From positions 152,892,001 to 152,956,000 of the forward strand of contig NC_042997.1 of NCBI RefSeq assembly GCF_006345805.1: a stretch of 64,000 bases of DNA, given 5' to 3'. Below the pieces are notes generated by a model. That model worked only from the letters and a program-made list of their open reading frames with translations, ran no database searches and was not told where the DNA came from. The DNA comes from Octopus sinensis. Taxonomy: Eukaryota. Position numbers and translations under genes: made by a program. Of the stretch, positions 13,180-26,794 are shown one piece after another. Every line of letters begins with the position of its first letter. The stretch's first letter is position 1.

Positions 13180-13540
13180 TTTCTAACAATGATTCCGGGT
13201 TCAATCCCACTGCGTTACAACTTGAGCAAGCACCTTCTACTATAGCCACTGGTCGACCAAAACCTTGTGAGTGATTTGGTAGACGGAAACTTAAAGAAAC
13301 CCGCCGTATATGTGTATGTGTGTGTGTGTGTTTGTATCTGTGTTTGCCTCCCCATCACTGCTTGACAAGCGGTGTTGGTATTTTTACGTCCCCGTAACTT
13401 AGCGTTTCGGCAAAACATCCCAAAGAATAGGTACTAGGTTTAAAAAATAAGTCCTGGGATCGATTTGTTCGACTAACACCCTTCAAAGGGCTGCTCAACC
13501 ATGGCAGCAGTCAAATGAGTGAAACAAGTAAAAGAATAAA
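13180..13540 (+). mobile_element. SINE family B, 5' eroded
   Basis: B box GGTTCAATCCC, family core, TCCTGGGATCGATTTGTTCGACT module, tail GTAAAAGAATAAAA. Confidence 0.85.
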
Positions 13541-13648
13541 AACATATAGTTTACTTTTCCGTTAAGCTAAGATTGACAAAATAAATACTCGATACGGTAT
13601 GGGAGGTGAATTTGGTTTATTGTACACAGTTTATAGTTATGATCTACG

Positions 13649-13814
13649 AATAGTTTCACACACTGGAGATGTTTCCCTAAAAAGGTTTTAATAACACACC
13701 TAGTGCCTGCAGGCAATCTTCTCGGCAATGAGCTTAGAGCCAGAAAGATTGCTTGGAGACATTAGGCAAGTTATTAAAACCTGCTAAACAACATCTCCAC
13801 TGCATGAAACTATT
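13649..13814. repeat. Imperfect palindrome of about 166 bp (hairpin MITE-like)
   Basis: AATAGTTTCA..CA.TGGAGATGTT...AGGTTTTAATAAC...GCAATCTT mirrored by AAGATTGC...GTTATTAAAACCT...AACATCTCCA.TG..TGAAACTATT. Confidence 0.75.
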
Positions 13815-13843
13815 AGTAACTCATAACTATATATGCAATAAAT

Positions 13844-14335
<492 letters not shown>

Positions 14336-15112
14336 TGACTGATTGACTGATAGGTAGGTAGGTAGGTAGATAAATAGATACATATAAACATACATGCATA
14401 CATACATACATACACACACATAGATGCATAGATACATAGACAGTTATGTATGTACGCCTCATAGGTAGACACCATAATTTCTGAAAGGTTTAGTTTTCCC
14501 CTCTTTACATATTTGCTGATCGAATAAGAGGTTTGCTTCTAGCTTCTCTATCATAGTACTCAAGGTGATGTAAGTACCTCTCAGAAGTATTCAGACGTAT
14601 TTGGTGCGGCTCTGCAACATCCGTTTTCCTACAACGGTGCTTACTTTGAGCAATCATCTTGATACTGCCAAAGACTTTTGATCGAGGTTCTGTTGATTCC
14701 TTTCTTTTATTTTAAATTGTATAATCAGTTATATGGCAAGAGGTATCCCAAGGTTTTGTGCAATGTTACAAAGGCAAGCCCATCCTTAGATTGACACATA
14801 GTAAGCCCTCTGAAAATCAGACAATCTTTCTGCTTGTGGTGCTCGTGACATGGCTAGTTTCTATACTGCAATCTGGAATGAAAAATAATAATACATGGAC
14901 AAGTTTCAAGCACCAGCTAATGTCTGCACATATAAAACGGTCCTAAGATGGATTGGGCTATTTAGTTACTTTTGAGATAATTGTATGTGCATAATTGTAT
15001 ATATGTGCGTGCATGTATATATATTAACCTAAATGTTGCACATATATATAGATATATATATGTATGTATGTATGTGTATATATATATACATATATATATA
15101 TATACACACACA

Positions 15113-15180
<68 letters not shown>

Positions 15181-17135
15181 TGTGTATATATGTATATTTA
15201 TATATTTATATTTATATAAAGACATACATATACACTCATATATGAGTGTAGATATAGAAAATAGTTTTTAAATAAATAGGAGTAAATTTTGTAATCTTTC
15301 TTAGATATACATGAAACTCTCGTACACCTAGTATTTGTTATTGTCCAGCCCGTGTACACACACACATATGTATATGCATGTATTTATGTATATATCCTTT
15401 GAACAACTCATGCCATTGGTGCTTCACTTGCGCATATAACGTTGCAAATTCACTTTCATGTTTTCTGATTACTTTCTATTCATTTTCAGCCCAATGTTAT
15501 GGTCGTTTGAATAACCACCGCGAATGTCATCCATTTAACTTTTATATTCCTTTCTTTCGCTATACATGCATGTTATCATTTCTCTGGGGGAGTTTGTTTT
15601 TATTTTTTGCATGGATTCATACAACGCCTCTTTTTTAGTATCTCATCAATGAATACATTGATTTCTTTTTAACACGTGGTTGTTCTCTAATGAATATCGT
15701 ATTCTTAAATCTTATTTTATTCTGTTGTGTTAACATTTAGTGAAGAAGATATAACCGAACATCCCAGTCTAGATTTTTTTTTGCTTTTTGCGAGATCAAT
15801 ATATCATTAGTGTGACTACGCAGTGTTTGAGGTTTATATTACGTTACTTTACGTTACTCCTTGTTTGATATTCCATTTTATTCTCCTTTCACGTGAGTGA
15901 AAAATAAGTCGGACAATTTGTCACTCTGATCTGATCTCTGCAACAGTTACTGTTATCACCCAGATGCATCCCTGACATGTAGACATATGTTATTTTAACA
16001 CTACCTTATGAAAATAGCTCATCACAATAAGATTTGGACATACACGTTTAAATTTGAACATACACATCATATAATTACATTGAAACCTACAGCATTTCAA
16101 GTCAGCCGACTAAACCACTTTTATGTCCATTTACCCTCTGTGATTAATTCCCCTATGATGTATGTGAAGCAGCTAATCCTGTGACCAAAATCCTCCTCTA
16201 AGATATTATCCTTCATATCTCAAAATCAAAGTATATAATAATTTATAAGTAATTTCGGTAATGCATGAGCACATACAAAGAACATGGCCTACAGGAAAAC
16301 AAATTAAGAAACACATCCGGATCCACAAACCATCATAACTCCATCATTCGAAAAGATTAAAAGACAGGCTTTCATGTACTTTGCGTATTACAAAGTCTTC
16401 AACTTCAAAAGTTGCTAATGGTGCTTTTCGTTCCTTGCTAAAAGAATCCTTATAGAGACTGCGAAATCCTCCTCCTAAACAAACATCAACCAATCACTGA
16501 AGATCTTTCTTGGCAATATTCATTACACACTGAAAGCTACATCAGAAATTGTAGTAACCCTCTTCAGAGTCAGAATATACTTCAGATTTGGCCATGTGTT
16601 GTATTTCTGTAAAGCTCAAATGAGGGGGGACAATAGGTTACTCATATCGTTATTTAGACGGTGCTGTTGCTATCATCATAAAAATCCAGAATCGCAAAAC
16701 GAACCTCATTTGAGACTTACACAATGCTGCAAAATAATACAAAGGCACCTGAGCTTGAGAATGACCAAATTACATGTCCAATCTTACAAATAAACAAGAC
16801 ACACTGTCATCCCACTTCCTTGCTTCAAAGCCCATTATTAATTATTTCAAGTAATTCATTCTTCTAAAAGCGTGAAGGTGTCTGAAATAGAAGTTCAACA
16901 CTCACAGCCACTCAAATTTACACATGTATGTATATGTACGTATGAATATATACATATTAATTACAGGATACCTGGAACGTTGGCACATGCTACTATTCAG
17001 GGTCAGAGTATAAGAGAGAACAATAGTGGCTAAAAGGTTCTACACCGCTCAAAACCCTGAAGCTCCCGAACTAGGGCTCCACGACTGGATGCAGTTTAAA
17101 CTCATACCAGAGAGACTTTCGAAATCGCCTCTTGT

Positions 17136-17365
17136 CACCGTGATAGAGGAGCCCCAAAGAAGAGATAAAATGACTGCCTAAAGTAAAGGCCCTGAGAGGT
17201 GCCTGTCACATTTATCGTCACCAGTGGTCATACCTTGCCTCTCTGGTTGTGAAATCACTGTCCTCCGAAAACCAAACTCCTTTGAAGACACTCGCAAGAC
17301 CATCCAAGCAGACAAAAGAAAAGGAAAGAAAAACAAAGACACCACAGCCAACTCTGATCAGACTA
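17136..17365 (+). pseudogene. RTE-clade LINE ORF C-terminal fragment
   Basis: HRDRGAPKKR*NDCLK...ACHIYRHQWSYLAS...SFEDTRKTIQADKRKGKKNKD matches the RTE/BovB-type C-terminal pattern (G.R.RG..KKR.KD.LK). Confidence 0.6.
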
Positions 17366-18084
17366 CGTCCCATATAGTCTCTGTATTCGCGCCAGTTTGT
17401 TCCGAATCGGAATCCTCAGGCATTAGTATGATTGCAACAGACGTGGGCATCCAGCTCCGTAAACCTTCGCTCGCGAAGCCAAGCGAACAAGATATATATG
17501 TACACACTTGGGCGCGCGCGCGCGTGTGTGAATGGGTGAAATATATTAACTTAAGGGCTATAGAGCTCTCAGATAATAAAGAATATAAAATATTATAGAC
17601 ACACATACGTATGTGCATGCAGTTACATACGCACTCATATTTACGTATATATATATGTGTGTGTGTGTGTGTGTCTCTGTGTGTGTGTGTGTGTGTGTGT
17701 GCGTGTTTGTGTGTAGAAAAGAACGTATAAAATATAACAGAATTAAAAACATAAATTCAGTGAAAAGAAAATGATGTAGTTTTTAAAGTTATAGAATCTA
17801 TTGCATTTACAACATTCTTAGGTCAATAAATTATCTAATATTCAATAAAACTATTTCATTTATCTATTTATTGCATCATAACTATTTGCTACATGATTAA
17901 TCTCCATTCTTACAAAAATTCACAAAATGCGTGCCTAAACAGATAAAGTTGTTAATTATTTCAGGTAGGCTAAAGAGCAGAGAGATGCGTTGGTAATATT
18001 AATGTATTTTTATGTCATCAAAATAATAGGTTTGATTCCCAGCTGGGGTAGAATCAATACTCGGTTATTATTTCTCGTGACGTT

Positions 18085-18112
18085 AATTCTATATGCGTAC
18101 GCATATAGAATT
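18085..18112. repeat. Perfect 28-bp palindrome
   Basis: AATTCTATATGCGT|ACGCATATAGAATT. Confidence 0.95.
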
Positions 18113-18126
18113 TAACAACATACACA

Positions 18127-18173
<47 letters not shown>

Positions 18174-18733
18174 TATATATAATATATATATATATATTCG
18201 TAAATATATATGTATAAATAATCGAGCGGTTAGCTCCCCATGTCACGAAATCAATGAGCGAGTTCAATATACATACATGCACATACGTATGTGTGCGCGT
18301 GTGTGTATAAGTGTGTGTGTTTCTGTGTGTGTAACCTCTGTTAGCACTTTTGACACATTCTTAAAAACTAATAGTGCTCTGAAGAGTCTCATAACAGCAG
18401 AAGTAGAGACATGAGCTCAAACTTCAGGCATATTTAACTGTGAAGGCAATAGAGATTGCTAAATAATCGAAACATTTACTGACTCAGTGTTACATCTACA
18501 AAACACTTGATAGCCATACGTTGTGATAAGTTTATTTGGCTAAAATTCAGGAAACAATTATGTTAATCAACTTTAATTAGGCATACGTATGCCAAAATTC
18601 TGTGAAAAAACAGCTATGGGAAACAGCACCTAAGTGCCCCTGCATGAAGTGAGGTCGCAGCGTGTGATTCTTATTCCTCTGGTCGCTTTTTGAAGAGTGA
18701 CCAATATAATTTGTGTTTCTTTTTTTTTTCTAG

Positions 18734-18828
18734 ACTTTTCTGATAAAACAGACTGCAGTAGTGAAATAGAAAGTCCAAAACTCCAAACTTTACCTGGTCT
18801 TAATGTAAAGCAGTATCGGTTTCAGTAA
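18734..18828 (+). CDS. Candidate exon (unverified)
   Basis: Strong acceptor (T)11CTAG at 18733. Phase-1 frame FSDKTDCSSEIESPKLQTLPGLNVKQYRFQ*. No homology recognised. Confidence 0.2.
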
Positions 18829-19312
18829 ATTGGTGCATAATTTCCGTAATTTTGTTACTGAGAAAGTCAGTAACAAGAATATTTTCTGTTCTTCCTGTCT
18901 GTACACTATGGTATTGATATTTAATTTGGATGCTAACCTCAACAGATCTCTCAATATAAGCATTTATCATGAAGTTGTCTTAACACTTCCGAATATTTAA
19001 CACAGACGTTTTGCATTCTCCCTATTTTGGCCGACTCAGAGATGTTATTGATGAATACCGGTATAGTATCTATGCAGAACCTCACGATATGGATTCTTCG
19101 ACTATATGTTCATTCACATATCCTTTACTTTATCCAAAGTCCCTTCAATATTATCTGTATATTTTTTGAATGACCCTAATTGATTGTTTATCATGGCTAC
19201 TTTTTCTTTTCATATGTGTTTATATGCAACAATAAAAGGAGATCTCGTTATTATAAATTACTCTCTAATCTATGGGATGGGAAAATGTGACGTTTAGTGC
19301 TAGATAAACTAC

Positions 19313-19421
19313 CTAGACCAGAATATTCAGTTGAATAGTGTAGCGGGTTCGTGGTAGGTCCGAAGGAATGGATTAAAGATGCAGTTCTTCGTAAAATGCT
19401 CTTCACTGTATCTTTTCGCTT
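19313..19421 (-). CDS. Candidate 109-nt internal exon (unverified)
   Basis: Long polypyrimidine acceptor (..TTTCTACATTTTTTCTAG), open frame KRKDTVKSILRRTASLIHSFGPTTNPLHYSTEYSGL, weak donor G|GTAGTT. No homology recognised. Confidence 0.25.
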
Positions 19422-20359
19422 CTAGAAAAAATGTAGAAAGAGAAGAAAAATTATAGGCAAATACATTTTTGATACTCCCTTCATTCGGTCCTGGCAAATA
19501 ATACACGAACATTGAATTCAGGTTGAAGTCTCCTGAAGCCATACCACATTGTATTACTGTTAAACGGTATTGCCTTGGCTTTGATTGCTGAAGTTTTATT
19601 TTCTTAAGAGATAAAGTGTGGATGACATTAATTCTAAGAAAAATCTGTTTCATATGCATTACATAAAAGTCGGAAAAGATTGTTGTTACGTTAGGTGATC
19701 CTCTTATCTTTAGAGCATAGGAAAATGATTCACCACACAAACACATACTGCGTAAGATTTCTGTCGCATCAATCTCTCAAATTAACCTTTGTTAATTACC
19801 AGTGCTTTTGAATTATCTCCTCGTAAAATGTTCCATTGTAAAAAGCTACATTGTGTTTTGTCGATCATTCTTGTATTGAGCCTATATATTCTATTTTTCG
19901 CAATAGTTTACTCGTTAATCAAAGCGTCTTTTTGCTGATAACAACCAGGTCGAGATAGCAGAAACGTTTATTTTCTCTCTTATTTGATGATCATTTAAAC
20001 GTTGATATGATCAAATTTAAAGATATATCCAAATACAATTACTTTTGCCAGTTGCAGTTGCAGATCAAGAATGATTATTTTACTCGTCACATTACATGAA
20101 CGTTCAACACTTACAGCTGTATGTTGTTTTCCACAGACGCTCAACGAAATGTGGATGATCACTCAGCGTATGCAAGAATATGTATGCGAGTGAATCATAG
20201 TTTCTCAAAAGTTAGCATACAGTTATTATAGTAATGGAATGCTATCCCGCTGAAAAATTTCTCAAAGAAACAAGGACACTCTGTCAGTAGCAACATGCAA
20301 AGTATTACTACACAGGCACATATAAGTAAATCAAAGAGCATCAAAGGTCCTTCTTGGGC

Positions 20360-20530
20360 CACAGACCCGAATAACCGGTTTTCAGGATTATGTGGCGTAT
20401 ATATCACCCCTTTGTAAGGACGCCGGTCGGTCGCAGGATTTCTCGTTATTGGGAGTTGAGTGGATCAAGACAACGCGAAAGAACGTGTTTTGGTCAAGAA
20501 CACAACGGGTCACCCGGTACAAGAATTTTA
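20360..20530 (-). mobile_element. SINE family C fragment
   Basis: rc GACCCGTTGTGTTCTTGACCAAAACAC...CTGCGACCGACCGGCGTCC matches 47310-47420. Confidence 0.7.
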
Positions 20531-20602
20531 CAATCATGAGTGCAATACCCTAACACACACATACACACACAAACACACACACACAAATACACACACACAC
20601 AC

Positions 20603-20650
<48 letters not shown>

Positions 20651-20959
20651 GGTATGTATATTGCCTGATTTAGATAGAACTTTGTAACAAATCGGTAGAA
20701 TAAATGTCAAATTATATTACAAAACCACTTTCTTTTATTAAATTGTAATTATAATTGGAATTTATCATTTCCAACAATTCAATAAATAATAACTTATCAA
20801 ATCGTTTAGCTTGTTTGTGATGATGATCGTTGTACTTATGTAATGGTTCCCTTGCATTAAATTTGCATGTCCTTAGTGATATTACTCTACTAAGTTGTTG
20901 GATATTCATGGTGGTCGTACGAAACAAAAATGCATAATAATAATCCTTTTCACTACAGG

Positions 20960-21158
20960 TAAAAAGCCTGAAATTTTGGCAAGCGGGGTCAACTCAATTC
21001 TATCGATCCTAGTACTTGACTGATAGTAATTTCATCGAACCCGAACAAATAAAAAGTAAAGTGGACCTCAATGGAATTTGAACTCAGAACATAAAGTCAG
21101 ATGAAATACTGCTATGCATTTTATCTGGTGCGCTACCAATTCTTCCAGCCATCGTCTT
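20960..21158 (-). mobile_element. SINE family A, diverged
   Basis: rc contains GCTGGAAGAATTGGTAGCGCACCAG...GTTCTGAGTTCAAATTCC...GGGTTCGATGAAAT...CAAGTACTAGGATCGAT. Confidence 0.8.
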
Positions 21159-22028
21159 AAGATTATGCGATAATAATACTTGTGTATTTATCTTCTGCGA
21201 AAGCGATCTTATTTCAATAAAAAAAGCTTGTTTCTATCTCACTCTAAATTAAAATTATGTACTCAAAATGTCAAGATATCTACCAATGCAGTATGCTTGC
21301 TACATAAAGAAAAAAAAACCAAACGAACTGAAGTGAGCTTGAATGAAAGTTATTGACAGTAATCTATGAGAGGTTAACTTATTATCCTCTCAATGTTGTC
21401 GAAGTTCTCGTTAATGCAGTGCATGTCAGTTTACTGTGTAATATGCCTGATTAGGTTTTAAACAAGTTTCACTGGACCATTACATCATGTTCTGTAAATG
21501 ATTTTTGAGCGTATCTTGCAGCAGTAAAATTCTGAATACTCTACGTGTTTGTCAATACAATCTGTGACATGTTGTATAAGTCACGGCCGTATAATGGCGT
21601 ATCCAGCCTAAAGTTCATTTGCATTAATAAATTTTGCTCACTTATGAAATATCAAGGTTCTTATGAAGAGTACGAATCGATCTTTCATATGTACAATTCA
21701 ATAACAGCAATAAATTGTCACCAGTTATTGTATTTTTGTCAGCAAAAACCTGAACGCAATAGCAATGGACGATGTAGTCAAAATTTATGATGCATGACTA
21801 TGAATTTCTTCTTTGCACTAAAATAATATTAAATTCAATGCTCAAACACGGAAAACTTACTTCTGTACCATTTGAACCACATTCGTAAAAGCATTTAATG
21901 GCTGGTATTCTTTGTTATTCGTTACGTCGGAAAGACAAGTCCTATAATTCTGGGAAAAAAATCATTAATGATTATTCCTATTTCCTATCGAATGATTACT
22001 AGCTTTTATTAATATCGCTTTCTGGGAA

Positions 22029-22066
<38 letters not shown>

Positions 22067-23883
22067 GTCCCGGTGTAGTATAAAGGTCAACCCGAGTTCT
22101 GAGCTATCAACGACCAATAGTGAAATTCTTCAAGTATAGAAAATACTGGTTTCACTACGGTAAAAAGGTGTGTAGGTGTGGAGAAGAGTAAATTATAATC
22201 CAAACAATAAGAAGACAAAGAAATCCCTTAACACATCTTTAATGATTCGTTTCAATTCTTTCTGTACCAACTCTGCTTGCAACGCCAATTTACACAATAA
22301 TTCTATGTGAAAAGTTGCATAATGTTTGTGCTTTTAGATATTAAGGCGGCACTACTCAGACTAGAATCAGAGGTGTGCCCTCATATTGTACGCCTTATGT
22401 GTGTGTGTGTCTGTGTGTGTGTCTGTCTGTCTCTGTGTGTGTGTGGTGTGTGTGTGTGTGTCTGTCTGTCTGTCTGTGTGTTTGTGTGTGTGTGTCCAAA
22501 AGTTGATCTTGATCCCCAACTTAATGTGGAGGTTGTTATAACTCAGAATGCTGTGTTATTCACCTTCTGGCGATATCTGATAAGGACTCGTGATACATAA
22601 AAGCATCCACCATCACATCAATGACAGGAGAGAATTGTCTGCTACGGCCGTTGGTTTCACTCTTTCTATGTGCGTATATGTACCACTTAGTAAGAATTCA
22701 TGGTTACAGAAAATTTTGGCACAAGGCCAACAGTTCCAGCGGGAGAGGAAAAGAGTTGAACTGGTTCTTATTTTATCGGTTCCGAAAGGCTGAAAGGCGA
22801 ATTGGAGCCCAGTACATAAACAGGTAGAAGAAAAGCCGCCGAACATTTTGTCCGCCGCTCCAACGTTTCTGCCACGCTGCTGCCTAGAAAATGAAATATA
22901 ATCATAGCTAAGATTAAAGGTTAGCGGACTATATGATCTTCTCATGCATAAGAAGTTAAGTATATATTAACATTTCATGTATCTCCTCGCTCGTAACAAG
23001 ACCACGTTTTACGTTGTGTAAAATGAAAGTGGTGTAACGTTGAAATTGAGCCAAAGGAAATATATTAATATGATACAAAAACAAAACATCTCAGCAATAG
23101 GTCTAGATCCCAAAATTGGTTTTCTTCTCAACTGTTAATATTGACATAACTGTACAAACGACAATACCTCATTGTAGTTTGTACAGCTCTCCTCGAGAAA
23201 TCTATAACTGTTCAGTATTTGTGAATTGTAAATTAAGCAGTAAAATATTTTTGTTCTTTCTTTTTGTATTTCAATAAGATGGTTTATTTGCCTTATCTAC
23301 ATTTTGTTTGATATGTGACAACATTTTCATTTATACCATAGATCAAGGACGTGCAGCATATGAACATATCTTGACAACACACACACTCACACAAACACAC
23401 ACACACACACACATACATACACCACTCATATAGATACATAGATAGGTATATTGACAGATAGACAGATAAGCAAATACACAGTGACACAAGCAAAGGCACG
23501 TGGCTCAAAAGTGTAGAAATATAAAGTGAAAGGAACAAATGAAGAAGTGTACAACGACGATAAATACGCCAACTCTAGTAACGAAGTAGAGTATCATTTC
23601 ATGTTTCCCTTTATTTTTGTGTATGTGTGTAGTACATGTGTATGTATGTAAATGTATGTATATATATATATATTATATATATATATATATTATATATATA
23701 TATACGTATAAGTATATAATTTATTGATTTATTTCTAAAGCCAGTGGAAGTACAACAATAAACGAAAATAATACCGCTTTAAAATTATTCTTACGAAATA
23801 TATTTCGTTCTCTTTCTCTCACTCTCTCTCTATTTCTCTCTCTATCTCTATCTCACTCCTTGTACACACACACACACACACAC

Positions 23884-23942
<59 letters not shown>

Positions 23943-23947
23943 GCTTT

Positions 23948-24174
23948 TGTATTTGGTTTCAAAGATTCTTTATGTGAATTCGTGTGTTGAAGCATATTTT
24001 ATTCACTGGGAAGTCATTCTCTTTTAATGCCTTATTATTTAACACATTCACCGGTTCGATTTCCACATATTTTCTTATTTATCTATTATTTATTTATTTA
24101 TATTTTTTCGCAAAAATTGAACCGAGGAGTGTATTAAATAATAAAGCGCTAAAAGAGAATGACTCTCCTCAGAT

Positions 24175-24177
<3 letters not shown>
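23948..24177. mobile_element. MITE-like element in (TA)n: 8-bp terminal IR plus internal 46-bp IR
   Basis: Starts TGTATTTG and ends CAGATACA. Internal arms 24012-24057 and 24119-24164 match 39/46. A 5' fragment of the same family lies at 49171-49219. Confidence 0.6.
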
Positions 24178-24242
<65 letters not shown>

Positions 24243-24539
24243 CGGTGTAGCATAAACACCTGCAAACACATATAACACATTTATGAACATTGTTATGAAT
24301 TTTATCATGATATTGAACTTCAATTGCATAATGAAACATAATAAAATCCAATCTACAATATAAAGGCTTTAAACAATGTTTAACTATGTCCATTCGTTTC
24401 CTATCTCCGCAAAAGAAAATCTCGTGCACGTACATATACACATACATTTATGAATTAAACTCAAAATTTAATTAGACTTACAATGATATATAATGTATTC
24501 CGTTTATGAGTACACATTTTAATATTATATCGCTTTAAT

Positions 24540-24739
24540 GTGATGAGCTGGCAGAATCGTAATGACGCCGGCAAAATGCTTATCAACATTTTGTCCGTCT
24601 TTATGTTCTGAGTTCAAATTTCGCGGGGGCCGACTTTCTATTTTATTCTTTAAAGTAAGTACCAGCTGAGTACTGGGGCCGATGTAATCGACTTAATCCC
24701 TTCCTGAAGTTGCTGGCTTTGTGCCAAAATTTGAAACCA
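24540..24739 (+). mobile_element. SINE family A
   Basis: GAGCTGGCAGAATCG...GAGTTCAAATT...GGGGCCGATGTAATCGAC...GTGCCAAAATTTGAAACCA. Confidence 0.85.
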
Positions 24740-26289
24740 ATCTTTGGTGGTGTGTACATAATAGTTTATTTTATGATCAAAGAGGACAACAATAAATTCG
24801 CCGATATAATTGTCACACCAGAAATAAAGGAAAGAAATGGTTTGATACGCTGAAATATATTCCGAGTCTGAGTCAAAACACACACTGCACACACATAGAC
24901 ACCCATACAGACAAAGTACTTACAAATATGCATACCTGTGAGCGCGTGCATATGTATGTGTGTGTGTGTGTGTGTGTGTAGATAATTTAATATACTAAAA
25001 TATGCAAAACAGTGTACTCGTAAGGAATTCAATACAAAGGTAATGTCAAAATAATTTTCTAAATTATCAAACAGTAATTGACAATTATTGCAGGAAGGTA
25101 ATTAGATTAATTTAAGTCAAATTCATTTGATGGATAAGACTCATGTGATGTGGGAAGAGATAGACAGTGACTGGATATGTGTAAGATGAGAACTGAAAAA
25201 GTTTAAAGTTTGAAAATTGTAATTTTCGTTTGTAAAGCAGATTGAAGTAGCACCAAGTAAAGAGTAAGAAGAAAAGGCAATATAACACATGGAAGCCAGA
25301 AAACAGAGGCGTGAAGTCACCAAACACAGATGTTCACTACTATAAACAGACATTCCTGGATATAGAAGTACTGAATAATATCATCCACAATTACAATTAA
25401 AATACATGATCTTTAAGATTACTCAACACCCGTCCACATGTGTGTGTGTGTGTGTGTGTATAGACAATTACAATGGATACGGAGTTTGGTACATCTAAAT
25501 ATTTTTTTAATTTAGACAGCGGTGGTGCCCTAGCATAGCCGCGGCCTTCGGGCTAAAACATTTTAAGGATTTAAGGATTAAGTTAATCATACAGCGTAAT
25601 TGGTTTAAACCTATTATATTATATAATTAACAGTAAAACAAAATTGCAGATATACCCTAATCTCCGTATTTATTTTCATTATCTTGGATTTAAACTCCGG
25701 ATATTATTCATTATCCAGTGAAGCGAACCCAGGATTTACCCATCAGATGTATTATAGTGGGATTATTCACTCTAAGTAATCCTAGGTGCTCATTGCAACA
25801 CGATGCGGTTAGCCTGGACCAGGATTCCAACTGAGTGCTCGTACGGTATCCACCTGGATAATCCATCCCGATATACTCATTATATTATATAGATAGACAA
25901 ATCGATGGGGAGAGAGAAAGAAAGAGAGAGAGGGAGAAAGAGAGAAGAGAGAGATGTATGTTTGTTTGAATGTAGATATATATATATACATAGATTACAT
26001 TAATCTTGTTATCTTGTAATTCTGTTAATTCAAATTTGGCCCTTACAGAAAAATTGGCTAATTTATGGAATTGGTGGTGGGGGTGGGGGAGAAAGTAGCG
26101 AAATCTTTAAAATCAGCATAGAAATAAACAAATTATGTGGGTGGAATAAAGAACATAAAAAATTATGAACGTCATAAAAGAGCTAGAAAAATAATATATT
26201 CGTCAAGTTTTTTAAAAGATGGAAAGAACAAGACTGAACATCGTGATAAAAATTTGCAATGCTAAAGTCGAGACAAAGAAGGAATAAAA

Positions 26290-26769
26290 TTAAATTACGA
26301 GTAAACACACACACGCACACACACTATACGCATGCACATTATTTGGTCACACACAACTACATACACACAGATATGTGCACACACCACTTGAAAAAGCACA
26401 GATCAACTGCTACACACAACACACACACGTCAGACTCACTCGTCCCCATTCACACATACACACTCACATACACCATTCTCACATACACGCACACACTCGC
26501 GTACCTTAGTTCGTTGGTATAACCATTATTATTTCCTTCTCATTCAACTTTATTTTAATTATTTCTCCCTTTCATTCAACCTGTTCTTTTCTAGTCATCC
26601 TGCCATGTTGGACCGCTGAACTCTACACAGTTTTTCTTTCTCCGTTTGTTTATTTGGTTCTCTCTCCATTTTCCCGTCTTATTCCTTTCTGCCGAAGAGC
26701 GTAGGCTCGAAACATAAAAGACTTCGTCTTCGTCTTTTGTTTTTTGTATTTTGTGTTTAAATTTGAACT
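26290..26769 (+). mobile_element. PLE 3' end (H1 family) with hammerhead at 26685-26720
   Basis: CTTT-CTGCCGA-A-GAGC(GTAG)GCTC-GAAA-CA-T-A-AAAG. UTR homologous to 31500-31800. Tail GTCTTCGTCTTTT...GAAC-(TA)n. Confidence 0.75.
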
Positions 26770-26794
26770 ATATATATATATATATATATATATA

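Noticed and set aside
19327-19746. 139-aa minus-strand ORF
   Set aside because: No recognisable domain, and it runs through an intron-like polypyrimidine tract; only the internal exon candidate in another frame was kept, at low confidence.
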